A DNA stretch of 64,000 nucleotides from Bacteroidota bacterium. GTDB taxonomy: Bacteria; Bacteroidota; Bacteroidia; AKYH767-A; 2013-40CM-41-45. This document shows, in pieces, positions 53,798-62,902 of this stretch. The position numbers and the translations under genes were made by a program. Positions within the stretch are counted from its first letter, which is position 1. Each line of letters begins with the position of its first letter. The notes below the pieces were generated by a model. It did not search any database. It saw nothing but the letters and a program-made list of their open reading frames with translations, and was not told the origin of the DNA. The DNA lies in contig PLYJ01000069.1 in NCBI GenBank assembly GCA_003151745.1, positions 13,270-77,269 of the forward strand, read 5' to 3'.

Positions 53798-54778
53798 TTA
53801 AACCTTTTCTCCAAATCTTACATTTTCATACAGTTCTTCTTTAGAAAGGTTTTTAAAATATTGGTATGTAACTTGCAATCCTTGAGCACGATTTACTTTT
53901 GGCTCCCATCCGAGAATTTTCTTTGCCCGTGTAATGTCAGGCTGACGCTGCTTAGGGTCGTCCTGCGGAAGAGACTTGTTTACAATTTTTTGCACTGTTC
54001 CTGTAAGCTTTATGATTTCTTCTGCAAATTCTTTGATTGTAATTTCATCGGGATTGCCAACATTGACCGGATAAGCATAATCACTCATAAGCAAGCGATA
54101 AATACCTTCGACCAAATCATCAACATAGCAAAAGGAACGTGTTTGAGAGCCATCACCAAAAACGGTAAGGTCTTCGCCGCGCAAAGCCTGCCCAATGAAT
54201 GCCGGCAAAGCTCTGCCATCATTCAGCCGCATACGCGGGCCATACGTGTTGAAGATACGCACAATTCTTGTTTCCACCTGGTGGAAGGTATGATACGCCA
54301 TGGTGATAGCTTCCTGGAAACGCTTGGCTTCATCATAAACGCCGCGCGGACCAACAGGATTGACGTTGCCCCAATAATCTTCATTTTGAGGATGCACTTG
54401 CGGATCACCATAAACTTCAGATGTAGAGGCGACAAGAATACGCGCCTTCTTTGATTTTGCAAGGCCTAACAGGTTATGCGTGCCAAGCGATCCGACTTTT
54501 AATGTTTGTATTGGAATCTTGAGATAATCAATCGGGCTGGCAGGAGATGCAAAATGAAGAATGTAATCAAGTTGCCCGGGCACGTGAACAAACTTAGAAA
54601 CATCGTGATGATAAAATTCAAACTCTTTTAGCTTGAAGAGATGCTGAATATTTTTCATGGAACCTGTAATGAGGTTATCCATGCCAATTACGAGATACCC
54701 CTCTTTGATGAAGCGATCACAAAGATGGGAACCGAGAAAACCGGCAGCGCCTGTAATTAATACTCTTTTACTTGCCAT
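53798..54778 (-). CDS. UDP-glucuronate decarboxylase (UDP-xylose synthase)
   Basis: [29 protein letters not shown] and YDEAKR motifs. ATG 54778 is chosen. Confidence 0.85.
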   Translation of the reverse strand: MASKRVLITGAAGFLGSHLCDRFIKEGYLVIGMDNLITGSMKNIQHLFKLKEFEFYHHDVSKFVHVPGQLDYILHFASPASPIDYLKIPIQTLKVGSLGTHNLLGLAKSKKARILVASTSEVYGDPQVHPQNEDYWGNVNPVGPRGVYDEAKRFQEAITMAYHTFHQVETRIVRIFNTYGPRMRLNDGRALPAFIGQALRGEDLTVFGDGSQTRSFCYVDDLVEGIYRLLMSDYAYPVNVGNPDEITIKEFAEEIIKLTGTVQKIVNKSLPQDDPKQRQPDITRAKKILGWEPKVNRAQGLQVTYQYFKNLSKEELYENVRFGEKV

Positions 54779-54785
54779 ATATTTC

Positions 54786-54853
54786 GGTTTAAAGTTCAAC
54801 GTTTAGGGTTTAAAGGTATGAATCAGCACTACCTTAAACCTTAAACCTTAAAC
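54786..54853. repeat. Hairpin with GGTTTAA-type arms
   Basis: GTTTAGGGTTTAAAGGTA pairs with TACCTTAAACCTTAAACCTTAAAC. Confidence 0.75.
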
Positions 54854-56163
54854 TATTTCACAATTTCTCTTCCAATGCTATTATAATAAAATCCAAGCTC
54901 TTTCATCTGCACGGTATCATAAAGATTACGTCCGTCGAATATGACTTTACTTTTTAATAGCAATAACATTTTGTCAAAGTCAGGCGTGCGAAACAATGCC
55001 CATTCTGTAGCAATGAGTAATGCATCAGCGCCCGGTAACGCTTTATACGGATCAGCTGTATAATCAATTTTGTCACCGATAGCAAGCTTCACATTTTTCA
55101 TTGCTTCCGGATCGTAAGCGGAAATGCTTGCGCCCTCCTTTAGTAAGGCATCAATAATATATAATGAAGGAGCTTCACGAACATCATCCGTATCAGGCTT
55201 GAATGAAAGACCCCAGAGAGCAAATCTTTTTCCTTTCAGATTTCCGTTGTAATAGTTTTTTATCTTATCTACCAGAACTAACTTTTGTTTCTCATTCACT
55301 TCCATGACCGATTTCAAAAGCTTGAAATCATATTTGTAATCGTTCGCCGTTCTTTCCAGCGCCTGCACGTCTTTAGGGAAGCAGCTTCCGCCGTAGCCAA
55401 TACCCGCAAAGAGGAAGCGTTTGCCAATACGCGCATCGGAACCCACGCCTACACGAACCATATCCACGTTAGCACCTACAAGCTCGCAGAGGTTAGCAAT
55501 CTCATTCATGAACGTGATTTTGGCTGCAAGAAAAGAATTAGCCGCATATTTGGTGAGCTCTGCAGAGCGTTCATCCATGTGATAAACAGGATTGCCCTGG
55601 CGGACGAAAGGAGCAAAGAGCTCACCCATGATCTTTCCTGCTTTCTCCGAACTGCTTCCTATCACTACACGGTCAGGCTTCATAAAATCATCCACTGCAT
55701 AGCCTTCACGCAGAAACTCAGGATTGCTCACTACATCAAACTCCACTTTGCAATGTTTCGCAATTGCATTTTTTACTTTCTCGGCAGTGCCCACAGGAAC
55801 AGTGCTTTTATTCACCACCACCTTGTATTCTTTAATAAGAGAGCCAAGCTCTTCCGCTACCTGCAAAATATGTTTCAGATCAGCAGAGCCGTTTTCATCA
55901 GGTGGCGTAGGCAAGGCAAGGAAAATGACTTTTGCATCGCGGATGCCTTCTTCCAAAGAAGTGGTGAACTTCAGACGGCGTTGCTTTATGTTTCGCTGAA
56001 ACAAACCATCCAGGTGTGGTTCGTAAATCGGTATCTCACCATTCTGCATCTTCTGCACCTTGGCTTTGTTATTGTCCACACATACAACATGCACACCGGT
56101 TTCGGCAAAGCATGTGCCTGTTACTAATCCAACGTATCCGGTTCCTACAACGGCAATGTTCAT
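54853..56163 (-). CDS. ugd: UDP-glucose 6-dehydrogenase
   Basis: VVGTGYVGLV start and catalytic region GYGGSCFPKD. Confidence 0.92.
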   Translation of the reverse strand: MNIAVVGTGYVGLVTGTCFAETGVHVVCVDNNKAKVQKMQNGEIPIYEPHLDGLFQRNIKQRRLKFTTSLEEGIRDAKVIFLALPTPPDENGSADLKHILQVAEELGSLIKEYKVVVNKSTVPVGTAEKVKNAIAKHCKVEFDVVSNPEFLREGYAVDDFMKPDRVVIGSSSEKAGKIMGELFAPFVRQGNPVYHMDERSAELTKYAANSFLAAKITFMNEIANLCELVGANVDMVRVGVGSDARIGKRFLFAGIGYGGSCFPKDVQALERTANDYKYDFKLLKSVMEVNEKQKLVLVDKIKNYYNGNLKGKRFALWGLSFKPDTDDVREAPSLYIIDALLKEGASISAYDPEAMKNVKLAIGDKIDYTADPYKALPGADALLIATEWALFRTPDFDKMLLLLKSKVIFDGRNLYDTVQMKELGFYYNSIGREIVK

Positions 56164-56168
56164 ATCGT

Positions 56169-56249
56169 AATAAGTAAAAATGAATAAGGAATAAGGAATA
56201 AAAAGTAAAACATTGCTCTTTATTAATTATTACTTATTCATTATTCATT
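56169..56249. repeat. Hairpin with AATAAG/GAATAA-type arms, paralog of 51954-52033
   Basis: AATAAGTAAAAATGAATAAGGAATAAGGAATAAAAAG pairs with CTCTTTATTAATTATTACTTATTCATTATTCATT. Confidence 0.8.
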
Positions 56250-57447
56250 TTAAAAACTCAAGTACTGAATCCACAATATACTTCAATGTATCTTCATCCA
56301 ACTCCGTATGCATGGGCAGTGAGATCACACTCTTGCAAAGCATTTCAGTAACCGGAAAATCACCTTCCTTATAACGCGGATCAGGAAATGCTTTCTGCAT
56401 GTGCAATGGCACAGGATAATAGATCATGGCAGGAATTTCTTTTGATGCAAGAAACTCACGCAGCCTGGTGCGGTCAGCATTTTTAAGAACAAGCGTATAT
56501 TGATGAAACACATGATCTGAATAAGAAGCATGCTTCGGCGTAACGATCTTAGGATGATTTGCAAATGCCTTATCATAATAGTCTGCTGCCTTGCGGCGGG
56601 CTGCTGCATATTCATCTAAATGACGAAGCTTGATGCGAAGAATAGCCGCTTGCAAACTATCCAGTCGTGAGTTTACTCCAATCTCATCATGATAATATTG
56701 CACGCTTTGCCCATGATTAGCTACCATGCGCGCCTTCTTTGCCAAAGCATCATCGTTTGTATATAGCGCTCCGCCGTCACCATAGCATCCAAGGTTCTTA
56801 GAAGGAAAGAAAGAAGTGCATCCTACTGTGCCAATTGTTCCCGCTTTGGCCCCTCTGCCCCCCAAAGGGGGGTGCTGCATCACAATTTCATTTGAGGATT
56901 GCGCGGTGGAAAGCCCCTCCTTTGGAGGGGTTGGGGAGGCTGAATAATAATTCGCTCCTATTGCCTGCGCCACATCTTCAATCACTGCCAGATTATGCTT
57001 CTTCGCAATCTTCATGATGGCATCCATATCAGCACATTGCCCGAAGAGATGAACAGGAACAATGGCTTTTGTCTTGGGAGTAATTGCAGCCTCAATAGCT
57101 TTCGGATCAATGCAAAAAGTATCAGGCAGCACATCCACCAGCACAGGCTTCAGCTTTAATAAAGCAATCACTTCAGCAGTGGCAACATACGTAAAGCTGG
57201 CAGTAATCACTTCATCACCCGGTTGAAAGCCCAATGCCATCATGGCAATTTGCAGCGCATCGGTTCCATTGGCGCAAGGGATAACATGCTTCACGCCAAG
57301 ATATTTTTCAAGCTCAGATTGAAAGTTCTTTACTTCAGGTCCGTTAATGAAGGCTGTGGAATGAATCACATCAAGCACAGCCTTATCTATCTCTGGTTGA
57401 ATTTTCTGGTATTGGGCTGCCAGGTCAACCATCATTATTTTCTTCAT
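56245..57447 (-). CDS. DegT/DnrJ/EryC1/StrS-family aminotransferase, WbpE-like, carrying an in-frame ~32-aa insertion
   Basis: MVDLAAQYQKIQPEID start, NGTDALQIA, PLP-lysine region TSFFPSKNLGCYGDGGA, and NSRLD. ATG 57447 is chosen. The longer ORF to 57693 crosses a hairpin and a divergent promoter. Confidence 0.9.
   Translation of the reverse strand: MKKIMMVDLAAQYQKIQPEIDKAVLDVIHSTAFINGPEVKNFQSELEKYLGVKHVIPCANGTDALQIAMMALGFQPGDEVITASFTYVATAEVIALLKLKPVLVDVLPDTFCIDPKAIEAAITPKTKAIVPVHLFGQCADMDAIMKIAKKHNLAVIEDVAQAIGANYYSASPTPPKEGLSTAQSSNEIVMQHPPLGGRGAKAGTIGTVGCTSFFPSKNLGCYGDGGALYTNDDALAKKARMVANHGQSVQYYHDEIGVNSRLDSLQAAILRIKLRHLDEYAAARRKAADYYDKAFANHPKIVTPKHASYSDHVFHQYTLVLKNADRTRLREFLASKEIPAMIYYPVPLHMQKAFPDPRYKEGDFPVTEMLCKSVISLPMHTELDEDTLKYIVDSVLEFLK
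56850..56945. repeat. Bipartite GC palindromic element inserted in frame in the aminotransferase gene
   Basis: CCCCCCAAAGGGGGG (56858-56872), then a spacer, then CCCCTCCTTTGGAGGGG-TTGGGGAGGCT (56914-56941). It encodes SASPTPPKEGLSTAQSSNEIVMQHPPLGGRGA. Confidence 0.85.
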
Positions 57448-57481
57448 CTCGCTAAAAATCGGATGCGAAGATAAATATTTA

Positions 57482-57571
57482 GGTTTACGGTTTACGGGTT
57501 TACTGTTTACTATTTGGCGTTTAATTACTTTTGTCCCGTTGAAGATGAGAACTGTAAACTGTAAACCGGAA
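57482..57571. repeat. Inverted GTTTAC(G/T)-heptamer arms straddling a divergent promoter region
   Basis: GGTTTACGGTTTACGGGTTTACTGTTTAC pairs with GTAAACTGTAAACCGGAAATCGTAAAC. The right arm lies inside the first codons of 57545-58348. Confidence 0.7.
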
Positions 57572-58348
57572 ATCGTAAACTTCTCAAGAGGTATCGCACA
57601 GGTCGTGACGCTCTCTGTCTTTCTTTTCTGCTTCAGCGCAAGCCATGCGCAGTATAGCGTCAAGGACAGCACCATCCATTTTTTCATGATCACGCCTTCG
57701 TTTGCTTACCAAATACCGGGCGCCGATCTGGCAAAGCGTTATGGAAATAATTTAAATGTGGGCGGCAGCATTGCATATAAAAGCAAAACCAACTGGATCA
57801 TTGGCGTGGAAGGCTATTTTATTTTCGGCAACGACATTCGCGAAAGCGGCATCTTTGACAGCATCAGCACTAACCAGGGATATATTCTTGGCACAGGCGG
57901 CACGTATGCAGATGTTCGCACGTACGAGCGCGGCTATCATTTCAGTGTTAAAGCAGGAAAAGTATTTCCTGTGCTGCATCCTCCCAATAAAAATTCAGGC
58001 GTTCTTGTTACAGGCGCTGTTGGTTTTCTTCAGCATAAAATACGGATTGAAACTCCCTCCGGCGATGCTCCGCAATTGAGCGGGGCCTATGCAGAGGGTT
58101 ACGACAGGCGCACCAACGGCGTTTCCATCACCGAGTTTTTAGGCTATCAATACCTGAGCAATCACAGTCTCATTAACTTTTTTGGCGGCTTTGAGTTTGT
58201 ACAGGCGTTTACGCAAAACAGGCGCAGCTATAATTTCGACACCATGATGCAGGACACTTCCAAGCGTTTCGACACGTTGAACGGCATTCGAGTCGGCTGG
58301 ATTTTTACCATCTATCAGCGCAAGCCGAGGGAGGTTTATTACAATTGA
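57545..58348 (+). CDS. Hypothetical outer-membrane beta-barrel-like protein
   Basis: Signal peptide ending SASHAQ, alternating beta-strand-like pattern, and C-terminal aromatic residues. Confidence 0.55.
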   Translation: MRTVNCKPEIVNFSRGIAQVVTLSVFLFCFSASHAQYSVKDSTIHFFMITPSFAYQIPGADLAKRYGNNLNVGGSIAYKSKTNWIIGVEGYFIFGNDIRESGIFDSISTNQGYILGTGGTYADVRTYERGYHFSVKAGKVFPVLHPPNKNSGVLVTGAVGFLQHKIRIETPSGDAPQLSGAYAEGYDRRTNGVSITEFLGYQYLSNHSLINFFGGFEFVQAFTQNRRSYNFDTMMQDTSKRFDTLNGIRVGWIFTIYQRKPREVYYN

Positions 58349-58557
58349 GCTTTGAATTGAGATTTTTAATGATTTTTATAGGACATTGACCTATTTTGTC
58401 CGATATAATGTCCTTATCTCAGCAATTGTACTTTCACATCTGTGACAATTTTATCGGTTTTTCGCCCCATTTTGTCGTTTCCTACGCTCAAACATCCATT
58501 TTTTTGATTAGAAAACGCATTTTTATCCAATATCAACTCAAAAAAGGAAGGTACAAT

Positions 58558-58735
58558 TATAAATTTTACCTTCCTTTTTACTAATTCTACCCTCCCTTTT
58601 ATAAATTCTACCTTCCTTATTTGTAATTCTACCTTCCCTTTTACAAATTGTACCGACCCTTTCAGTAATTGTACCTTCCCTTTTTATGAATTCTACCTTC
58701 CTTATTTATAATAATACCTTCCTTTTTTGATCTGT
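58558..58735. repeat. Tandem array 4: 8 units of 21 bp (one is 22 bp) with core TACC(T/C)TCC, preceded by one inverted unit
   Basis: Cores lie at 58579, 58600, 58621, 58642, 58663, 58684, 58706 and 58727. An inverted GGAAGGTA sits at 58558-58565. Confidence 0.9.
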
Positions 58736-58901
58736 TTCTCAAGAGCCTATTCAATAAACTGTGTTTCAGTTTTTAAGTTTGTTTCATTCGTACTTTAACT
58801 TCATCACTAAGCTTTTTTATTTCAAATGGAAATTTATTTATACTATTGCATCGCAGCTTGGCTGCTCAACCTTTCATCTAATCCAAATCCTTTAACTCCC
58901 C

Positions 58902-59573
58902 ATGAAAAGAATCCTGTTTCTCGCCGCCATTATTCTTGTTGCTTTCAACACTTCCGTCAAAGCACAGGACAAAATAAAAGAAGGCAAAATAAAATTTGAG
59001 ATGACTTATCCTGATTCAATGGCATCAGAGTTTGCAAGCTTTATGCCTAAAGAGACAATGGTTTATTTTAAAAATGGCAACACCCGCACTGAAATGAAAA
59101 TGGGAGGGGGGAGTATGACTATGATGGTGTTTAAAACGGGTGACCACTATACCCTCATGGATATGATGGGACAGAAAAAGGCTATTAAGACAACTAAAGC
59201 AGAAAGCAACAAACTGAAAGACTCGTTGCATGTGGAGAAACCGGTAATAACAATGACTGATGAAACTAAAACAATTGCCTTTTATAAATGCAGGAAAGCA
59301 CTCATTACAGTGATGATACAGGGTGAGAAACAAACGTTTGAGGTTTGGGTTACAAAAGATATTGATAACATTGATATGGGAGATTATAGTGTTGCTGGCG
59401 TTGATGGATTTGCGATGGAATCTACCATTAAGGAGAAAGGTATAACCATTCACATGCTATGCACTTCTATTGAACAGTTTGCTGTTCCTGATTCATTATT
59501 TAAAATTCCCGCTGACTATCCTGTCACGACCATAGATGAAATGATGAAGGGCGCAAAGGGCGGACAACATTAA
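58902..59573 (+). CDS. Secreted hypothetical protein (possibly DUF4412-like)
   Basis: Signal peptide ending VKAQ. The family call is tentative. Confidence 0.55.
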   Translation: MKRILFLAAIILVAFNTSVKAQDKIKEGKIKFEMTYPDSMASEFASFMPKETMVYFKNGNTRTEMKMGGGSMTMMVFKTGDHYTLMDMMGQKKAIKTTKAESNKLKDSLHVEKPVITMTDETKTIAFYKCRKALITVMIQGEKQTFEVWVTKDIDNIDMGDYSVAGVDGFAMESTIKEKGITIHMLCTSIEQFAVPDSLFKIPADYPVTTIDEMMKGAKGGQH

Positions 59574-59638
59574 CATCAATACTTGAGCCGCTACAATATT
59601 ATTTCTGATCTTTGAAAAGGATTTAGAAAAATCTTTTC

Positions 59639-61873
59639 GTGAAATATTCTTCAGGCTTATTCCTTATTGCCTTCGTTTTATTTTTTTCTGCCAATTCATC
59701 GCATGCCCAACATGCGAACTGGCAATGCCTCGGTCCTGATTCCCTGCCTGCCATAGGCGGCGACAGCAGCTACTTTCTGAGCTTCACGCGCGGCATTGGC
59801 AGAACATCCTGCATCCGTTTTCATTCTTTATATAACGGAACAACAAACAATACTGTCTTTGCAGGTACACCGCGCGGCGGCTTGTGGAGGTCTTATACCG
59901 GCGAAGATCACTGGCAGGAGATGAATACTTCCCATCTGCCAAACATCGGCATCTCCGATCTTATTTTTCATCCCGATGATGCAACTCATTTATTCTTGGC
60001 TACCGGCGACCCTGATGCAGGGCTTGATCCAAACGGGCCTGCAGAAAGCACAGAAGACACACAAAGCCGCGGCATTTTCGAAAGCCTTGATGATGGAAGG
60101 ACGTGGAGCGATCATCCGCTTGGTGTATGGTATGACGAGCAGCGCCAGCCCATTCCTGACTTCTGGAATTTCCCTTCTAAGAAAGTGATGCGCAGAATAT
60201 TTATTCATCCGCTTCATCCTGAGGTGATGCTTGCTATTGTTTTTACATATACATACTCTGATAAGCAATACCACAGTTTCGTTTATCGTTCCGTGGACAA
60301 GGGCAGGAATTGGTTTATTGCTTTTACATATACGGGTGATACTTTTCAGGATATGGAAACCAAGCCCGGCAATCCTGATGTGATATATGTATCGGGAAAA
60401 ACTATTTTCAAGTCAAGCGATGCAGGAGCTACATGGAAAAAACTTGCGTCCGAAAATTTTCCCCCTGATAGCACCGTGCTTCGTTGCAAAGTGGCAACGT
60501 GCGCTGCTGATCCAAACATGGTCTATGCCTTGTTTGTAGTCGGACGAACAGCTAAGCTTTATACCAGCACCGATGAAGGCACAACCTTTACCCTTGCTAT
60601 ACAAGGCACACGCAGCCCTGCATGGCGCACCGCGTTGGCTGTTGATCCGAATGATAAATACTCCGTTTATTATTCGAGTGGAAATTTAATCTCCCGCTTT
60701 TCTTACGATAGAAATAAATGGAGCAATACAAATACCAATGAAAACATTCACAGCGATATTCATGAACTTGATTTTGCTCCCAATGGGAAAAAACTTTATG
60801 TAAGTTCTGATGGCGGATTATATGTGGCTGATAACCGCGCTGCAGCTCTTTCATGGAAATATGTGAGCAGCGGAATCAGTAATGCTGCTGTTTGGCGCAT
60901 TGGTATTTCAGAAATGAATCCTGATCACATCATTGCAGGGCTTCAGGATTGCGGAACATTGCTTTGTGATAAAGAGCGATATGCATCTTCCGGTGGATGG
61001 GCTATCGTGCGCGGCGGTGATGGCATGGAATGTTTTATTGATTACACGAACGACAGCATCATGTATCACAACGACGGGCAGAATAATATTTTTGCGCGAT
61101 CAGGGGATGGCGGCAAGCGATGGGTAAATATCAACCCGCCCGGGCAGTCAGGCGATTATGTCAAACCTGCATTAATTGATCCCGTTGATCATAACACGAT
61201 TTATGTCGGCTTCCATGACATCTACAAAAGCACAGATCGCGGCAAAACTTGGAATACAATTTCTAATTTTTCTTCTTTTGGCAAAGGCAAAAATGAGCGC
61301 ATTACTTGCATTGTCGTTGCTCCTTCCAATCATAAAATTATTTACGCTGCATTTCCATCACCCACTTGGTCGGAGAACTTAAGTGGGAAATTATTTCGCA
61401 CTACGGATGGCGGGGCAAACTGGCAGGACATCACGCCTGGACTTACTGGTGCTAAATATTCTTCCATCAATGCGCTGGCTGTTGATCCCAACGATGCAGA
61501 TGCTGTTTATGTTGGCTTTCGAGGTGGATGGGATTTTAAAATAATGCGTTCACAAGTTGGCGGGACTGATTCAAGCTGGCAGAATTATTCGGAAGATCTT
61601 CCCAAGGAAGCTGATGTGAATGCAATCGCTGTTGATAAAAGAAAAAAAGGCGGAATATATATTGGCACGCATCAGGGCGTATATGAAAGAAAGAGTTCTT
61701 ACAGTGGATGGATTCCTTTTATAGATGGCTCGCCGCTTTCTTTTCCTAACGTTCGCGTAACCGATCTTGAGATTAATTACACGTCCTCCGAACTTGTTGC
61801 TGCCACTCTTGGAAGAGGCGTTTGGAAGACAACGTTGTTTTCGAAAGAGAAGAAAAAGAACAAGAAAAAGTAG
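59639..61873 (+). CDS. BNR/Asp-box repeat beta-propeller protein (sortilin/VPS10-like), secreted
   Basis: GTG start with a signal peptide. Multiple S.D.G.TW Asp-boxes (SLDDGRTW, SVDKGRNW, SSDAGATW, STDEGTTF, STDRGKTW, TTDGGANW). Confidence 0.8.
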   Translation: MKYSSGLFLIAFVLFFSANSSHAQHANWQCLGPDSLPAIGGDSSYFLSFTRGIGRTSCIRFHSLYNGTTNNTVFAGTPRGGLWRSYTGEDHWQEMNTSHLPNIGISDLIFHPDDATHLFLATGDPDAGLDPNGPAESTEDTQSRGIFESLDDGRTWSDHPLGVWYDEQRQPIPDFWNFPSKKVMRRIFIHPLHPEVMLAIVFTYTYSDKQYHSFVYRSVDKGRNWFIAFTYTGDTFQDMETKPGNPDVIYVSGKTIFKSSDAGATWKKLASENFPPDSTVLRCKVATCAADPNMVYALFVVGRTAKLYTSTDEGTTFTLAIQGTRSPAWRTALAVDPNDKYSVYYSSGNLISRFSYDRNKWSNTNTNENIHSDIHELDFAPNGKKLYVSSDGGLYVADNRAAALSWKYVSSGISNAAVWRIGISEMNPDHIIAGLQDCGTLLCDKERYASSGGWAIVRGGDGMECFIDYTNDSIMYHNDGQNNIFARSGDGGKRWVNINPPGQSGDYVKPALIDPVDHNTIYVGFHDIYKSTDRGKTWNTISNFSSFGKGKNERITCIVVAPSNHKIIYAAFPSPTWSENLSGKLFRTTDGGANWQDITPGLTGAKYSSINALAVDPNDADAVYVGFRGGWDFKIMRSQVGGTDSSWQNYSEDLPKEADVNAIAVDKRKKGGIYIGTHQGVYERKSSYSGWIPFIDGSPLSFPNVRVTDLEINYTSSELVAATLGRGVWKTTLFSKEKKKNKKK

Positions 61874-61927
61874 CGGTATTTTTATTCGCAGTTGATTGTT
61901 ACTTTCGCCCCTCCAAAATAAATAATT

Positions 61928-62902
61928 ATGACCAGAGGACCCATTTCACAATTCATGGAGAAACATTATCTCCACTTCAATGCTGCTGCCATGATGGATG
62001 CTGCCAAGGCTTACGAAAAGCATTTGGCTGAAGGCGGCAAGATGATGATTACACTTGCAGGTGCTATGAGCACGGCTGAGTTAGGAATCTCTTTAGCAGA
62101 AATGATCAGGCAGGATAAAGTGCAAATCATCAGCTGCACTGGTGCGAACCTGGAAGAGGATATAATGAACCTTGTTGCGCACAAACATTATAAGCGTGTG
62201 CCCAATTACCGTGATCTCAGCCCGAAAGAAGAATGGGATCTTTTGGAAAATCATTACAACCGTGTTACCGATACCTGCATTCCCGAAGAAGAAGCTTTCC
62301 GCCGGTTGCAAAAGCACATTCACAAAATCTGGAAGGATGCAGAAGATAAAGGAGAACGGTTTTTCCCGCATGAGTATATGTATAAGATTTTGCTGAGCGG
62401 AGAGCTGAAACAATATTATGAAATTGATCCGAAGAATTCATGGATGCTTGCGGCGGCAGAAAAGAATATCCCCATCGTTGTTCCCGGTTGGGAGGACAGC
62501 ACCATGGGAAATATTTTTGCTTCTTATGTTATCAAGAATGAACTCAAGGCGACAACCATGAAAAGCGGAATCGAATATATGGTGTGGCTTTCTGATTGGT
62601 ATAAGCATAACTCATCCGGCAAAGGCATTGGTTTCTTCCAGGTGGGAGGAGGCATTGCAGGAGATTTCCCTATTTGTGTTGTGCCCATGATGTACCAGGA
62701 CCTGGGTTGGCATGATGTTCCCTTTTGGAGCTACTTCTGTCAGATCAGTGATTCCACAACAAGCTATGGTTCTTACAGCGGCGCTGTTCCAAATGAAAAG
62801 ATCACCTGGGGAAAATTAGACATCCACACTCCGAAGTTTATTGTGGAGAGTGATGCCTCCATCGTTGCTCCGTTGATGTTTGGCTGGCTGCTGGGTTGGT
62901 AA
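61928..62902 (+). CDS. Deoxyhypusine synthase-like protein
   Basis: Recalled family features (TLAGAMSTAELG, ISCTGANLEEDI, GWEDSTMGN, GGGIAGDFP). The activity in bacteria is not established. Confidence 0.7.
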   Translation: MTRGPISQFMEKHYLHFNAAAMMDAAKAYEKHLAEGGKMMITLAGAMSTAELGISLAEMIRQDKVQIISCTGANLEEDIMNLVAHKHYKRVPNYRDLSPKEEWDLLENHYNRVTDTCIPEEEAFRRLQKHIHKIWKDAEDKGERFFPHEYMYKILLSGELKQYYEIDPKNSWMLAAAEKNIPIVVPGWEDSTMGNIFASYVIKNELKATTMKSGIEYMVWLSDWYKHNSSGKGIGFFQVGGGIAGDFPICVVPMMYQDLGWHDVPFWSYFCQISDSTTSYGSYSGAVPNEKITWGKLDIHTPKFIVESDASIVAPLMFGWLLGW

